A stretch of DNA of 64,000 bases from Trueperaceae bacterium (GTDB lineage Bacteria > Deinococcota > Deinococci > Deinococcales > Trueperaceae): assembly GCA_965213925.1 (NCBI GenBank), contig OZ243927.1, positions 1,600,001 to 1,664,000 of the forward strand. The letters run 5' to 3'. The translations under genes were made by a program, and so were the position numbers. Below are positions 43,501 through 52,468 of the stretch, piece by piece (the stretch's first letter is position 1; each line of letters starts with the position of its first letter). Below the pieces are notes generated by a model. That model did not search any database, was not told the origin of the DNA, and saw only the letters and a list, made by a program, of their open reading frames with translations.

Positions 43501-43549
43501 GCAAGGGGTTGAAGCAAGGGGTTACAACCCCTTGTTGGTGCCCCTTGTT
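43501..43549. repeat. REP-like short palindromic repeat between convergent genes
   Basis: GCAAGGGGTT twice, followed by CCCCTTGTT twice. Confidence 0.55.
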
Positions 43550-43609
43550 AGTGAAGGCTGCTTTCCGCATGAGATGAACCTCATTTGCTCGAGCTGCGTT
43601 TAGGTATGG

Positions 43610-44332
43610 TTAGGCACGGTTCTCCGCGTACCAGGCGCAGATGTCCGTCAGTGGACATTCTGCACATTTGGGCGCTTTCCATACGCACACCCTTTGACCG
43701 TGGAGGAGCAGCGCGATATGAAAGTTGTAGAGAATGTGCGGATTTTCCGGTAGGAGCTTCGCGAGCGGTTTGTGCGCCGCCGTGGACGACCTGACCTTCC
43801 CAGAGATGAGCCCGACGCGCTGGCTGACGCGGTAGACGTGCGTGTCTACAGGAAGAATGGGTTTGCTGAAGCAGAAGAGCAGAACGAGCGCCGCCGTTTT
43901 GATACCGACGCCGGGGAGCGCGGTGAGCCACGCTAAGCCCTCGTCTACAGGTAGGTCTTTCAAAAAGTCGATCTTCGCTTCGCCTCGCTCCTCCATAATC
44001 TGCGCCAGCGTCTTCTTGATCTGCGGCGCTTTCACTTCGGGATAGTTCGAGGGCGCAATAGCCTTGGCAAGTTCCCCTTCCGGCGCGTCCCTTATCCCCT
44101 CCCATGAGCCGAAGCGCTCCCACATCCGCTTGTAGGCAAGCTCCTCGTTCGCCCACGTTGTGCGCTGCGATAAGATGGTCGAGATGAGTTCGTGCAGGGG
44201 GTCACGGCGCGGGGTGAGGTCGCGCTCACCGTAAGTTTCGACTAAGCGGGTGTAGACTTCTCTGGTCGTTGTGTCGCCGATGGTTTGCGCAGACTGCATA
44301 GGAGTAGCTTGCCGAGAAATGCTTGTAGTCAC
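43610..44332 (-). CDS. Endonuclease III-like HhH-GPD glycosylase with 4Fe-4S motif
   Basis: ILSQRT, LPGVGIKTA, PVDTHV, C-x6-C-x2-C-x5-C. Confidence 0.92.
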   Translation of the reverse strand: MTTSISRQATPMQSAQTIGDTTTREVYTRLVETYGERDLTPRRDPLHELISTILSQRTTWANEELAYKRMWERFGSWEGIRDAPEGELAKAIAPSNYPEVKAPQIKKTLAQIMEERGEAKIDFLKDLPVDEGLAWLTALPGVGIKTAALVLLFCFSKPILPVDTHVYRVSQRVGLISGKVRSSTAAHKPLAKLLPENPHILYNFHIALLLHGQRVCVWKAPKCAECPLTDICAWYAENRA

Positions 44333-44401
44333 AAGGGGTAGGGCTGCTTTTACGCGATCAGCTTACGAAACGTTTTGCGGGGAGAGCGGTACGCTAGAGG
44401 T

Positions 44402-44671
44402 GTGGCGAAGTTTGAATATATCCAGCTCGAGGTCGTTCCGGGCAGGGGTGGCGACCTCTCCGTTCTTCTGACCGAGCGTGACGGCATAGACCGCTTCGCG
44501 ACCTCTTTTGCCAATCTCGTTCCCTTCTTGAACGAACTCGGCAGTGACGGCTGGGAGGTCGTAGGGATGCTGCCGACGAGCAGCAAGGCGAAGGGTCGCG
44601 TCTATCAGGGGGTCGAGGCGGAACTCGAGGTCGAAGGCCGCGCCTACTTGCTCAAGCGCGAAATTCCTTAG
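44402..44671 (+). CDS. Hypothetical protein, DUF4177-like
   Basis: KFEY...LNELGSDGWEVV...YLLKR pattern; GAGG before GTG. Confidence 0.65.
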   Translation: MAKFEYIQLEVVPGRGGDLSVLLTERDGIDRFATSFANLVPFLNELGSDGWEVVGMLPTSSKAKGRVYQGVEAELEVEGRAYLLKREIP

Positions 44672-44775
44672 AATAGATATGAGATGCTCGCTCAAATAGC
44701 TTTGTCTATTGTTCCCGGAATCATTATTGCGATTCTGACCTCATACATCAGAGTGCGCAAAGCGATGCGAAGCAA

Positions 44776-44894
44776 CTCACTCTATGAGCTACTGTTGCTA
44801 GGCAGCAAACTTGCGTAACTGGCACGTATGTTCGGAGATGAAATCCCGCTAGCCTGTACAGGCTGAGACCTGCGACAATCTGTTTCAGTCTATT
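44776..44894 (-). repeat. Dispersed repeat family 2 copy
   Basis: Reverse-complement match to 17434-17598. Confidence 0.75.
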
Positions 44895-44934
44895 TTGGAA
44901 TTGCTAAGTGGAACCCGTTGAGAGGAGCTACCCT

Positions 44935-45297
44935 ATGATCGCAGTTGCCAACCGAATCTTTGTGAACCCCGACTACGCCGAGGCGTTCGAGGCGCGGTTT
45001 CGTGACCGCGCTGGGCTCGTTGACGAGATGCCCGGCTTTATCTTCAATCAGGTCTTGCGTCCGAGCCAGCCTGGAGACCCCTATATCGTCATGACCTACT
45101 GGGAGTCGCACGAACATTTCAAAGCGTGGACGGAGTCCGAAGCGTTCAAGCAGGGTCACGCGAAGAGCGGGTCACTGCCCAAAGAGGCGTTTTCGGGGCG
45201 GAACAAGTTGGAGATTCATCAAGTCATCCAGGACTCGCGCGAGCCGGACTTGGTGCCGGAGCCGCCTTTAGAACTCGGCGAAAACGTGCATGGGTAG
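44935..45297 (+). CDS. ABM-family monooxygenase, IsdG/HmoA-like
   Basis: ANRI, FEARF, MPGF, TYWES, AWTESEAFKQGH; GAGGAG RBS. Confidence 0.85.
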   Translation: MIAVANRIFVNPDYAEAFEARFRDRAGLVDEMPGFIFNQVLRPSQPGDPYIVMTYWESHEHFKAWTESEAFKQGHAKSGSLPKEAFSGRNKLEIHQVIQDSREPDLVPEPPLELGENVHG

Positions 45298-45378
45298 GTC
45301 TGAGCCCGCCAATTTGCAGACGACCTCCTAATCTGCCTATCCTCTTTTACTTAAAATCGTAACTAAGGAGGGCAAGTT

Positions 45379-45594
45379 ATGGCAGACCATCTAAGCAGCG
45401 ACCCGTTGGAGAGTCCGGCAGCCTCGAGGCAGTCCTACAAAATCCCCGAACTCGCTAAGGAACTCGACGCGACCGAGGAGCAGGTCAAAAAATGGATACG
45501 CGAGGGCAACATCGAAGCGATGTCGGATGAGGAGCACGCCGAGTATCACGCGGACACGATCGAGCAGCTCCGCGCCATGCAAAATAGCGGTTAA
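45379..45594 (+). CDS. Small helix-turn-helix protein (excisionase/MerR-like)
   Basis: YKIPELAKEL..TEEQVKKWIREGNIEA; AAGGAGG RBS. Confidence 0.7.
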   Translation: MADHLSSDPLESPAASRQSYKIPELAKELDATEEQVKKWIREGNIEAMSDEEHAEYHADTIEQLRAMQNSG

Positions 45595-45799
45595 ACTCCA
45601 CCTTTAAGACCGGTAGGACAGACGGCGCAGGGACGAATTTCGAACCTTCCCTGCGCTGTTTACGAGATGAGATAGAAGCTCGAGCTTTTTGGCTGTCACA
45701 TCAGAACGCCTGGCGTTCGTATATTTTGCATACTGATGTGAAGAATCCTTGTTGAATTGCCCAACAACTTCTCAAACTCCGCGTGATAGCATCATCTTT

Positions 45800-46609
45800 A
45801 TGTCAATGAGCGTTCAGGCTCCCGAAGAGGATGTCGTTACCGAAGAAGCTATACTAGATGATGAAGTCGAAGTCGCCAACAGAGGCCCCTCCCTCTACGC
45901 GACAGGCTTGATGAAGAAGTACGGCGGTCGCACCGTCGTCAAAGGCGTGGATTTCCGCCTGGAACCGGGCGAAATTGTGGCGCTTTTAGGACCGAACGGC
46001 GCGGGCAAGACGACCTCGTTTTACATGATGGTCGGGTTTGTCAGACCGAACGTGGGGCGCATCTTCTTAGGCGAAGAGAATATTACCACGTGGCCCATGT
46101 ATAAGCGGGCGCGGCGCGGGCTGGGGTATCTGGCGCAGGAGCCGAGCGCCTTTCGCAAACTCTCGGTGCGCGACAACCTCATGGCGGTTTTGGAGTATCA
46201 GAAGCTCAGCAAGCAGGAGCAGGAGCGGCGGGCGGACGAGCTGCTAGCGGAGTTCGGCTTGAGCGCCTTGGCGAACAGCCGCGCGGACACGCTCTCGGGT
46301 GGGGAGCGGCGGCGCTTGGAAATCGCCCGCAGCCTCACCATTGACCCCGCCTTTATCCTCCTGGACGAGCCCTTTACGGGCGTAGACCCCAAGTCGATCC
46401 GCGAGATTCAGCTCCTCATCGCGGATTTGCGCGAGCGGCGCGGGCTGGGCGTGCTTTTAACCGACCACAGCGTCCGCGAAACGCTGGCCATTGCCGACAG
46501 GGTTTACCTCATGTTCGACGGCAAAGTGCAGTTCGAGGGAACGCCCGAAGCGTTCGCTGAAGACGAGAACGTGCGTACCTACTACTTAGGCAGTGACTTT
46601 CAGCTCTAA
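45800..46609 (+). CDS. lptB: LptB-like ABC transporter ATPase
   Basis: [46 protein letters not shown]. Confidence 0.9.
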   Translation: MSMSVQAPEEDVVTEEAILDDEVEVANRGPSLYATGLMKKYGGRTVVKGVDFRLEPGEIVALLGPNGAGKTTSFYMMVGFVRPNVGRIFLGEENITTWPMYKRARRGLGYLAQEPSAFRKLSVRDNLMAVLEYQKLSKQEQERRADELLAEFGLSALANSRADTLSGGERRRLEIARSLTIDPAFILLDEPFTGVDPKSIREIQLLIADLRERRGLGVLLTDHSVRETLAIADRVYLMFDGKVQFEGTPEAFAEDENVRTYYLGSDFQL

Positions 46610-46657
46610 TTGTGCTAATTTCTAAGGGTTATTTAACGCTCTGAAAGGCTCCGCACT

Positions 46658-47971
46658 ATGCTCTACACTTTAGCGCTCTTCGCCCTACTCACCGCTCTGG
46701 CGGGCGTGATCGCGTATGCGGGCGACGTGCTTGGGACGACGGTGGGGCGGCGGCGTTTGAGCCTCTTTGGGTGGCGTCCTAAACGCACCGGGCAAGTGGT
46801 CGGGGTGACGGCGGGCATCCTCATCATGCTCTCGACTTTGGGCATTTTGTCGGTGGCGTTTCGCGGCGCGGCGGACGCGCTCCTCAACGCGCAGCAGGTG
46901 TCGCAAGAGTTGCGGGCGCTGACGAGGGAAAGAAATACCCTACAGGCTGAAACGGCGCGTTTGCGCGGAGAGATCGAAGCTAGCCGAACCCAACTCGCCG
47001 AAGCGCAAGACATCATCCAGAGCGCTGAAACGGCTCGGGACGACGCTCTAGCTGAAACGAGCCAGCTCCGCTCGACGCAGGTTTCGCTCAATCAGCAGCT
47101 CGGCACAATGCAGCGACGCGCGAGCAATTTAGGTGTCGAAGTCGGCAGTTTAGAGGCGCAGCAGGCTGCTTTAGAAGAATCGAACGAAACCTTGGAGAGA
47201 GAGAATCGCAGCTTGCAAGTTGCCAACGAAGGCTTAGCTGCCGAGAACGCCGCCTTTAGGGATAACGTCAATGAGCGGAGCAACGAGGTCGTGACGTTAC
47301 AAAATCAGCTCAGCGCGTTGCAGCGCGAGTCGCAGCGCCAAGCGCAGCGGCTCGTCGCGGCGCGCGAGCAGATCGAAGCGGTGCAGGGCGGGCGGCTCAC
47401 CTATCGGCGCGGCGAGATCGTCTACAGCCAACCCATCAGCGCGCAAGAGCCGGACGCGGTGCGCGAGTCGCTCGGCGCGTACGTCCAGGAGGCGAACCGC
47501 GCCACTGGAAGCCAAGGCGCGGGCGAAATCATCTTGCGCCGCGACCAGGTGGACAGCTTGACCGAGGCGCTCGTCGCCTCGCCGGGCGAAGACTTGGTGG
47601 TGCTCATCTCGAGCGCGGACCGTTTCGGTTTAGAGGACGTTCAGGTCGAGGTCGAGGCGTACGAAAACCTCAAGCTCTTGGAGAAGGGGCAGCTCATCTC
47701 GAGCCGCCAAATTTACCTGGGTTCAGAGGACGCGCCCGTAAGCCGCGACAACGTCCGCGCCGAGGTCGCCAGGCTGACGCAGGAGACGACGGGGCGTCTG
47801 CAGCGTATCGGGCTCTTCGAGCAGGTGCGCCCCGCACCGAGTCCGGCTGAATTCGACAGCTTCTCCTCTTGGCTGTCGCGGTTAGACGGAACTGTGGTGA
47901 TCGGCGCAGTGGCGCGAGAAAGCGTCTACGTCAACGGACCCGTCGAATTAGAATTCATCATCATGAACTAA
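46658..47971 (+). CDS. DUF3084 domain coiled-coil membrane protein
   Basis: IAYAGD.LG..VGRRRLSLFG.RPKRT N-terminus and a long coiled coil. Confidence 0.85.
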   Translation: MLYTLALFALLTALAGVIAYAGDVLGTTVGRRRLSLFGWRPKRTGQVVGVTAGILIMLSTLGILSVAFRGAADALLNAQQVSQELRALTRERNTLQAETARLRGEIEASRTQLAEAQDIIQSAETARDDALAETSQLRSTQVSLNQQLGTMQRRASNLGVEVGSLEAQQAALEESNETLERENRSLQVANEGLAAENAAFRDNVNERSNEVVTLQNQLSALQRESQRQAQRLVAAREQIEAVQGGRLTYRRGEIVYSQPISAQEPDAVRESLGAYVQEANRATGSQGAGEIILRRDQVDSLTEALVASPGEDLVVLISSADRFGLEDVQVEVEAYENLKLLEKGQLISSRQIYLGSEDAPVSRDNVRAEVARLTQETTGRLQRIGLFEQVRPAPSPAEFDSFSSWLSRLDGTVVIGAVARESVYVNGPVELEFIIMN

Positions 47972-48138
47972 CACGAAGTCTGTATGGCCGGATGTAAAGC
48001 GCGGCGAAGCCACCGAACCATCTTCCCGCGCCACTCGAGCCACGCTGCTTAGCATCCTGGTTCGTTAAGGGGTGACGCCCTTGCCCCGCGAAAATAGCGC
48101 CGCGCACAAACTTGTCCGCGCTCAGATTGCGCTATGCT

Positions 48139-48360
48139 TAGCATTTGTAGGTATCTTTGATGCACCTGTCAAAGATACCCGAGCGGAAAAGAGCCTTTAG
48201 CATAGGTGAAGCACATAGTGCTTTGAGCTTCGCTCTGACCTGTGAGGTAGCATCTTTGAATCTATGGGCGTTGACGTAATGTGCCGTGTACACCGGCTAA
48301 AGGCTTCTCTGCGAGTACCAACAAACGCTCTCAGTGTGTCAATAACGGATGCAAATGCTA
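48139..48360. ncRNA. Candidate structured RNA or leader, unassigned
   Basis: Nested complementary segments; see findings. Confidence 0.3.
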
Positions 48361-48398
48361 GCTAAAGGGGTATATCTAGGGCATTCGAAAGGAGAACG

Positions 48399-49250
48399 AT
48401 GCAGTTTTCTATGGTGAATGGTGAGATCGTCCAGGCGTCCAAAGCGCAGCTTCACGTGAGCGACTTGGCGCTTTTGCGCGGCTACGGGCTTTTCGACTTC
48501 TTCCGCATTAAAGAGGGCGTGCCCCTCTTTTTGGAGGACTATTTAGCGCGGTTTTACCGCTCGGCGGAAAAGCTCGGCCTAGACGTGCCTCTTTCGAAAG
48601 ATGAACTAGAAAGCCTCATCTTCAAACTGCTAGACGCAAACGGCGAGCGTGATTCGAACGTGCGGCTGCTCCTCACGGGCGGTTACTCGGACGACGGTTT
48701 CACCCCGGCCGAGCCGAACCTAGTCGCGCTGCAACACGCGCGCAAAGACTACGACCCCAAACTCTTCGAAGAGGGCGCGTCGCTTATTACACACGAATAC
48801 GTGCGCGACCTCCCCGAGGTCAAGTCCATCAACTACGCCACCGCCGTGCGGCTCATTCCCAACATGAAGCGGGCGAACGCGGTTGAGGTGCTCTATCACG
48901 ACGACGGCAATGTTGCAGAAACCTCGCGCGCGAATATCTTTATTGTCGATCAAGAAGGTACGCTCATCACACCCGCCGAAGGCATCCTAGAAGGCATCAC
49001 GCGCAAGCGCATCTTAGAGTTAGCGGAGGATATGGCGGTGGGGGTGCGGGCGGTGAGTTTAGACGAGGTGATGGGGGCTCGAGAGGTCTTTATCACCAGC
49101 ACGACTAAAGGGGCAATGCCTATCTCTGAAATCGACGGACAAACGATTGGCGAGGGTCGCGCGGGCGAAGTGACAAAGCGGCTCGGTGAGAGGTTCGGTG
49201 AGCGGGTTGAGAGGTACGTTCGGGCTCATCAGCTGGCTGCGACAAGCTAG
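48399..49250 (+). CDS. Aminotransferase class IV (D-amino acid/branched-chain/PabC-like)
   Basis: RGYGLFD, VKSINY, ETSRANIF, ILEGITR, EVFITST. Confidence 0.92.
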   Translation: MQFSMVNGEIVQASKAQLHVSDLALLRGYGLFDFFRIKEGVPLFLEDYLARFYRSAEKLGLDVPLSKDELESLIFKLLDANGERDSNVRLLLTGGYSDDGFTPAEPNLVALQHARKDYDPKLFEEGASLITHEYVRDLPEVKSINYATAVRLIPNMKRANAVEVLYHDDGNVAETSRANIFIVDQEGTLITPAEGILEGITRKRILELAEDMAVGVRAVSLDEVMGAREVFITSTTKGAMPISEIDGQTIGEGRAGEVTKRLGERFGERVERYVRAHQLAATS

Positions 49251-49321
49251 GTTAAGCTTAGGTCGCTATCCATCCCCAATGCTCTCACTGAGTAGGGTGT
49301 TAGCCGTGAAGGGGTACAGAA

Positions 49322-49348
49322 AGAGGCTCGAGCTATTCTCGAGCCTCT
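49322..49348. terminator. Hairpin terminator downstream of tRNA-Met
   Basis: AGAGGCTCGAG-CTATT-CTCGAGCCTCT. Confidence 0.7.
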
Positions 49349-49355
49349 AAAGAGT

Positions 49356-49432
49356 TGGTAGCGATGGAGAGACTTGAACTCTCGACCTCACGATTATGAG
49401 TCGTGCGCTCTAACCAGCTGAGCTACATCGCC
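49356..49432 (-). tRNA. tRNA with CAT anticodon, probably elongator tRNA-Met
   Basis: GGCGATGTAGCTCAGCTGGTTAGAGCGCACGACTCATAATCGTGAGGTCGAGAGTTCAAGTCTCTCCATCGCTACCA; full cloverleaf and encoded CCA. Confidence 0.95.
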
Positions 49433-49750
49433 GTGCACCACGCGCTTTATCCGTTTCGTGTAACCACTTGCCCTCACGACTAGCGGGCTCACGATTGTCG
49501 AGTATAGCCCATAACGCCAGCAGTAGACAAGTGGTTTTGCATCATCCACCGCTCAGCAGGTCAGCGCCCTTGGTTTGTTTGGTTTGTATTTCCAACTGAC
49601 CCGTTCAAGCCTCACCACCGGGGCACTTGCTCGGCTCCCTGGCGGTCGCTTGAGGTCGCAAGTACCCCGCTTCCGCTCCCGCTGGTCGCTCCAGTCGCTC
49701 CTTAGTCCATTAGGGTAGGGGTACTAGCCTAAGCCATGCTTGTTCACTCC

Positions 49751-49774
49751 GGCACACGAATATATTCGTGTGCC
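49751..49774. promoter_or_regulatory. Perfect 24-bp palindrome, candidate operator or recombination site
   Basis: GGCACACGAATATATTCGTGTGCC. Confidence 0.5.
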
Positions 49775-49851
49775 CTTTTTGCGTCCCTCACGAACTTTCC
49801 GACTTTACAAGACCCTGCCAATTGGGGTAGGCTCTAGGCCCAGGAGGAACC

Positions 49852-50160
49852 ATGCGGCGACGTTATCTTCGTCTTCACCCCAAGGTCAGAGCGCGTCGGG
49901 TAGGAGCGGTGTCTACTCCCAGACAGCCTACGCTACTCACCCCTTCGCCTGCGCCAATCTCCGCGCATTCAAGGACGTCTACTACTCGGAACAAGTACCT
50001 CAAAGCCTATGTGTCTCGCACCATGCACGAGCGCTTTCACGCCGAAGCCGCACGTCAGAACAAGACTATGAGCGCCTTGCTCCAGGAGCTAGTTGGCGAT
50101 TATCTAACCCAAATTGAGGTCCAAGAGCGCTGGTCAGCCCTGCGTAGCGCACCCAGATAG
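49852..50160 (+). CDS. Ribbon-helix-helix (CopG/ParG-like) DNA-binding protein
   Basis: AGGAGG RBS; KYLKAYVS-RTMHERFHAEAARQNKTMSALLQELVGDYL. Confidence 0.65.
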   Translation: MRRRYLRLHPKVRARRVGAVSTPRQPTLLTPSPAPISAHSRTSTTRNKYLKAYVSRTMHERFHAEAARQNKTMSALLQELVGDYLTQIEVQERWSALRSAPR

Positions 50161-50221
50161 GTCCTACCGGCCCCATACAGCCTCGACATAGCAGGACGAC
50201 ATTACGAAAGGATCTAACATC

Positions 50222-50560
50222 GTGAATGACGCTCGAGAAATCAAGCGGCTGCAACGCCAAATTCTCGACTTGCAGGGAGACTTGAGTAGGCTGAAAACTA
50301 CCGTTGACACCCAGAAGTACCGCACCGAGAGCGACTTCGACACTCAGACTTACCTGATCAGCAAGCTGGAGCAGGACCTAAAGTGGTTGAAGCGTAAAGG
50401 TGATAGCTCCAGCCAACTATCTTTGGCTACCTCCTCTCGAGAGGTTAGGGGCATTTTTCAACACTTACCGGACCCTTTGCCCTTCTTCGCCGGAGTTCTG
50501 CTCGGCGTTGTGATTGCGAGCCTGCTTTTCATATTCGACATCGCTGCACGCGCCGCCTGA
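50222..50560 (+). CDS. Hypothetical coiled-coil protein with C-terminal TM helix
   Basis: AAGGA RBS; heptad pattern then FFAGVLLGVVIASLLFIF. Confidence 0.6.
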   Translation: MNDAREIKRLQRQILDLQGDLSRLKTTVDTQKYRTESDFDTQTYLISKLEQDLKWLKRKGDSSSQLSLATSSREVRGIFQHLPDPLPFFAGVLLGVVIASLLFIFDIAARAA

Positions 50561-50740
50561 GTTGCGCTTTGCCTGCCCGGATCGAGATGATACCCCCGCT
50601 AGGACTCAAGCCGTGAGAGATGGGCGCACGGCTTCCAAGAACCTTGAGCCCATTCGCCAAAAGAAAAGCAAGTCCAGTGAGCAACAAGAAGAGTAGGTAG
50701 TTTGAGTGTTACGCGCGATGAGTGGTGGAGCCTACGACAT

Positions 50741-51604
50741 CTACGAGATCAGTTTGGAAGGGTGTGCCGCCAGGTCATTAGCGATCTGGCGGGCGATGAT
50801 ATGCGCGTCCTCATAGTCAAGCGTTTCGATCCCGTCGTCACGCAGCAGGTGGAGCAGTTCGTCCGTCTCGCCCGCTTCTACTAGATTGGAGGGATAGTAG
50901 CCAAGCACGGCGAACTTGGCGTCTTGGTAGACGGTATCCAAGCCCGAGGCGCTCCGCACGTCCCGCGCGGTCATGCGGTAGCTCTGCACCGTCCCGGAAG
51001 TTTTCTCGGTGCCCGTAAAGGGGATGAGCTGGTAGTAGTGCATAACGTCGTTCTGATACGCGAAGTCGATTTTAGGTGCAGGGACAGGCGGCTTGACGTC
51101 CTGCTTGACCTCAGGACGCTCGAAGAGCCCAGCCTGTCTAAAGACGCTGCTAACCTGCTTGCGCATGGCTTGGCGCGTGACGCGCAGTCTCTTCGTGCCT
51201 TCTTCAGGGACCGCGACGAACTGGTGAAACAGCTTCTCCAAGGTTTCCTCTGGGTTGGAGGTCAAGGCGGAGCGCGGCTCGCTGAGTTGGATGTTGTTGT
51301 GATAAAAAGCTCTCAGTCTATGAAGCCCTGAAGGGGTCAGGATGCCTTCTGGAGAGACTCCCTCTTCGATAAAACTATTCAACTGCTTATGGTCGAACGC
51401 ATATCTGAGTTTCGTTAGCGCGTGCCTCACGAAATGCCCATCCCAGTTGCTGAGCGCCTTAGCCCTGCTGTCATCGCCGAAGCTCGGCAGGTAACGCAAC
51501 CCTTGAAACCTCGTCTCAGGGCACACGAGAATAACTCCCACGTTGACAAACTCTTCGCGGAGCATGTTGGGTATGTAGCGGACTACTGCGTATAGTGCAC
51601 GCAT
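50741..51604 (-). CDS. DUF3037 domain protein
   Basis: YAVVRYIPNMLREEFVNVGVIL, IQLSEPR, LEKLFHQFV. Confidence 0.88.
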   Translation of the reverse strand: MRALYAVVRYIPNMLREEFVNVGVILVCPETRFQGLRYLPSFGDDSRAKALSNWDGHFVRHALTKLRYAFDHKQLNSFIEEGVSPEGILTPSGLHRLRAFYHNNIQLSEPRSALTSNPEETLEKLFHQFVAVPEEGTKRLRVTRQAMRKQVSSVFRQAGLFERPEVKQDVKPPVPAPKIDFAYQNDVMHYYQLIPFTGTEKTSGTVQSYRMTARDVRSASGLDTVYQDAKFAVLGYYPSNLVEAGETDELLHLLRDDGIETLDYEDAHIIARQIANDLAAHPSKLIS

Positions 51605-51736
51605 CCTCTTCACAACCACTATGTTACCTTTGGTGTCCTTTTGCAACCTCCTCGCCAGGTGTTCAGGCAGTGCCCTGACCCTCTGAGATAGGTAGTTTAG
51701 CAGGGCTTCTGCGTTGGGAAACCGCGCCGATTCAGC
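51605..51736 (-). pseudogene. Probable 3' remnant of a HipA-like kinase gene
   Basis: Startless frame AEALLNYLSQRVRALPEHLARRL directly upstream of DUF3037, where the partner kinase normally ends. Confidence 0.4.
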
Positions 51737-52201
51737 TCATACAACATCGAATGATAGGTTTATCTTGAGTGTTACCGTCTCTGTTTGCTTTGCGAGACCC
51801 TCATCGGGCTCGGGCATTTCTTGGTGATTCTCTTCCAATGGGGGACCTTCGTTTTCGGCTGCATCAAGCTCTTCCAGAGCAGCGGAGATGTTGGCTTCGG
51901 TGGCTTTGCCATACACGATAACCCCGAACCTTATGACATCGGTGATGTCTTGCATGGAGTTGTAGTCGGGGCGTCTCGTGGCGTAGGCGCTCACAGCGGC
52001 GATCATGGTGACTGTAAGCTGACGCGCGTCGAGCGGTACGAGTCCAGGTGTGTTACTGTTCAAGGTCCAGCCCGCGAGGTTGAGGGCATAGTCTGCTGCA
52101 AAGGCTTCTAGCGGCTCTAAGTCCATGAGTTCCACAACTTGTCTAGCATTCTGAGTACGTTCCATATTTATATTCCCTTTCCAAAAGCTGATCTCAGACA
52201 A
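51737..52201 (-). CDS. Hypothetical protein
   Basis: 154-aa ORF; a later ATG (MERTQ) follows AAAGGGA. Confidence 0.6.
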   Translation of the reverse strand: MSEISFWKGNINMERTQNARQVVELMDLEPLEAFAADYALNLAGWTLNSNTPGLVPLDARQLTVTMIAAVSAYATRRPDYNSMQDITDVIRFGVIVYGKATEANISAALEELDAAENEGPPLEENHQEMPEPDEGLAKQTETVTLKINLSFDVV

Positions 52202-52468
52202 CTCCAGTCATCCTTGGGTGCGGCTTTTTCTGGCTGTATTTCGCTGCATCTCCGCAAGTGCACACGGCGGGGCTACATAACCTCTTTTCCGGGCTTCGAC
52301 CTTATCCAACCTACATCTTCAAGTGTTTCGAAGCCGGTCATGGCGCTTGTGTTTGCTAGAGGCACGTTCGTGTAGGTCGAGCCAAACCTGTTTACGCTAT
52401 GCTTCCCTGGCTGCTCCTTCGTCGGCGCACGCGAGGTGGCTGTATAGGTTCTATGGAGCCGTGCCCTC

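Noticed and set aside
48181..48335. Glycine or T-box riboswitch
   Set aside because: CTCTCAG is present, but the GGAGA/CCGAAG elements and the GGTGG-ACC T-box motif are absent
49356..49432. tRNA 3' end as the island attachment site
   Set aside because: The 3' end faces core genes and no duplicated 3' fragment was found
51737..51739. Selenocysteine recoding of the in-frame TGA
   Set aside because: No redox-motif context or convincing SECIS hairpin; a gene remnant explains it more simply
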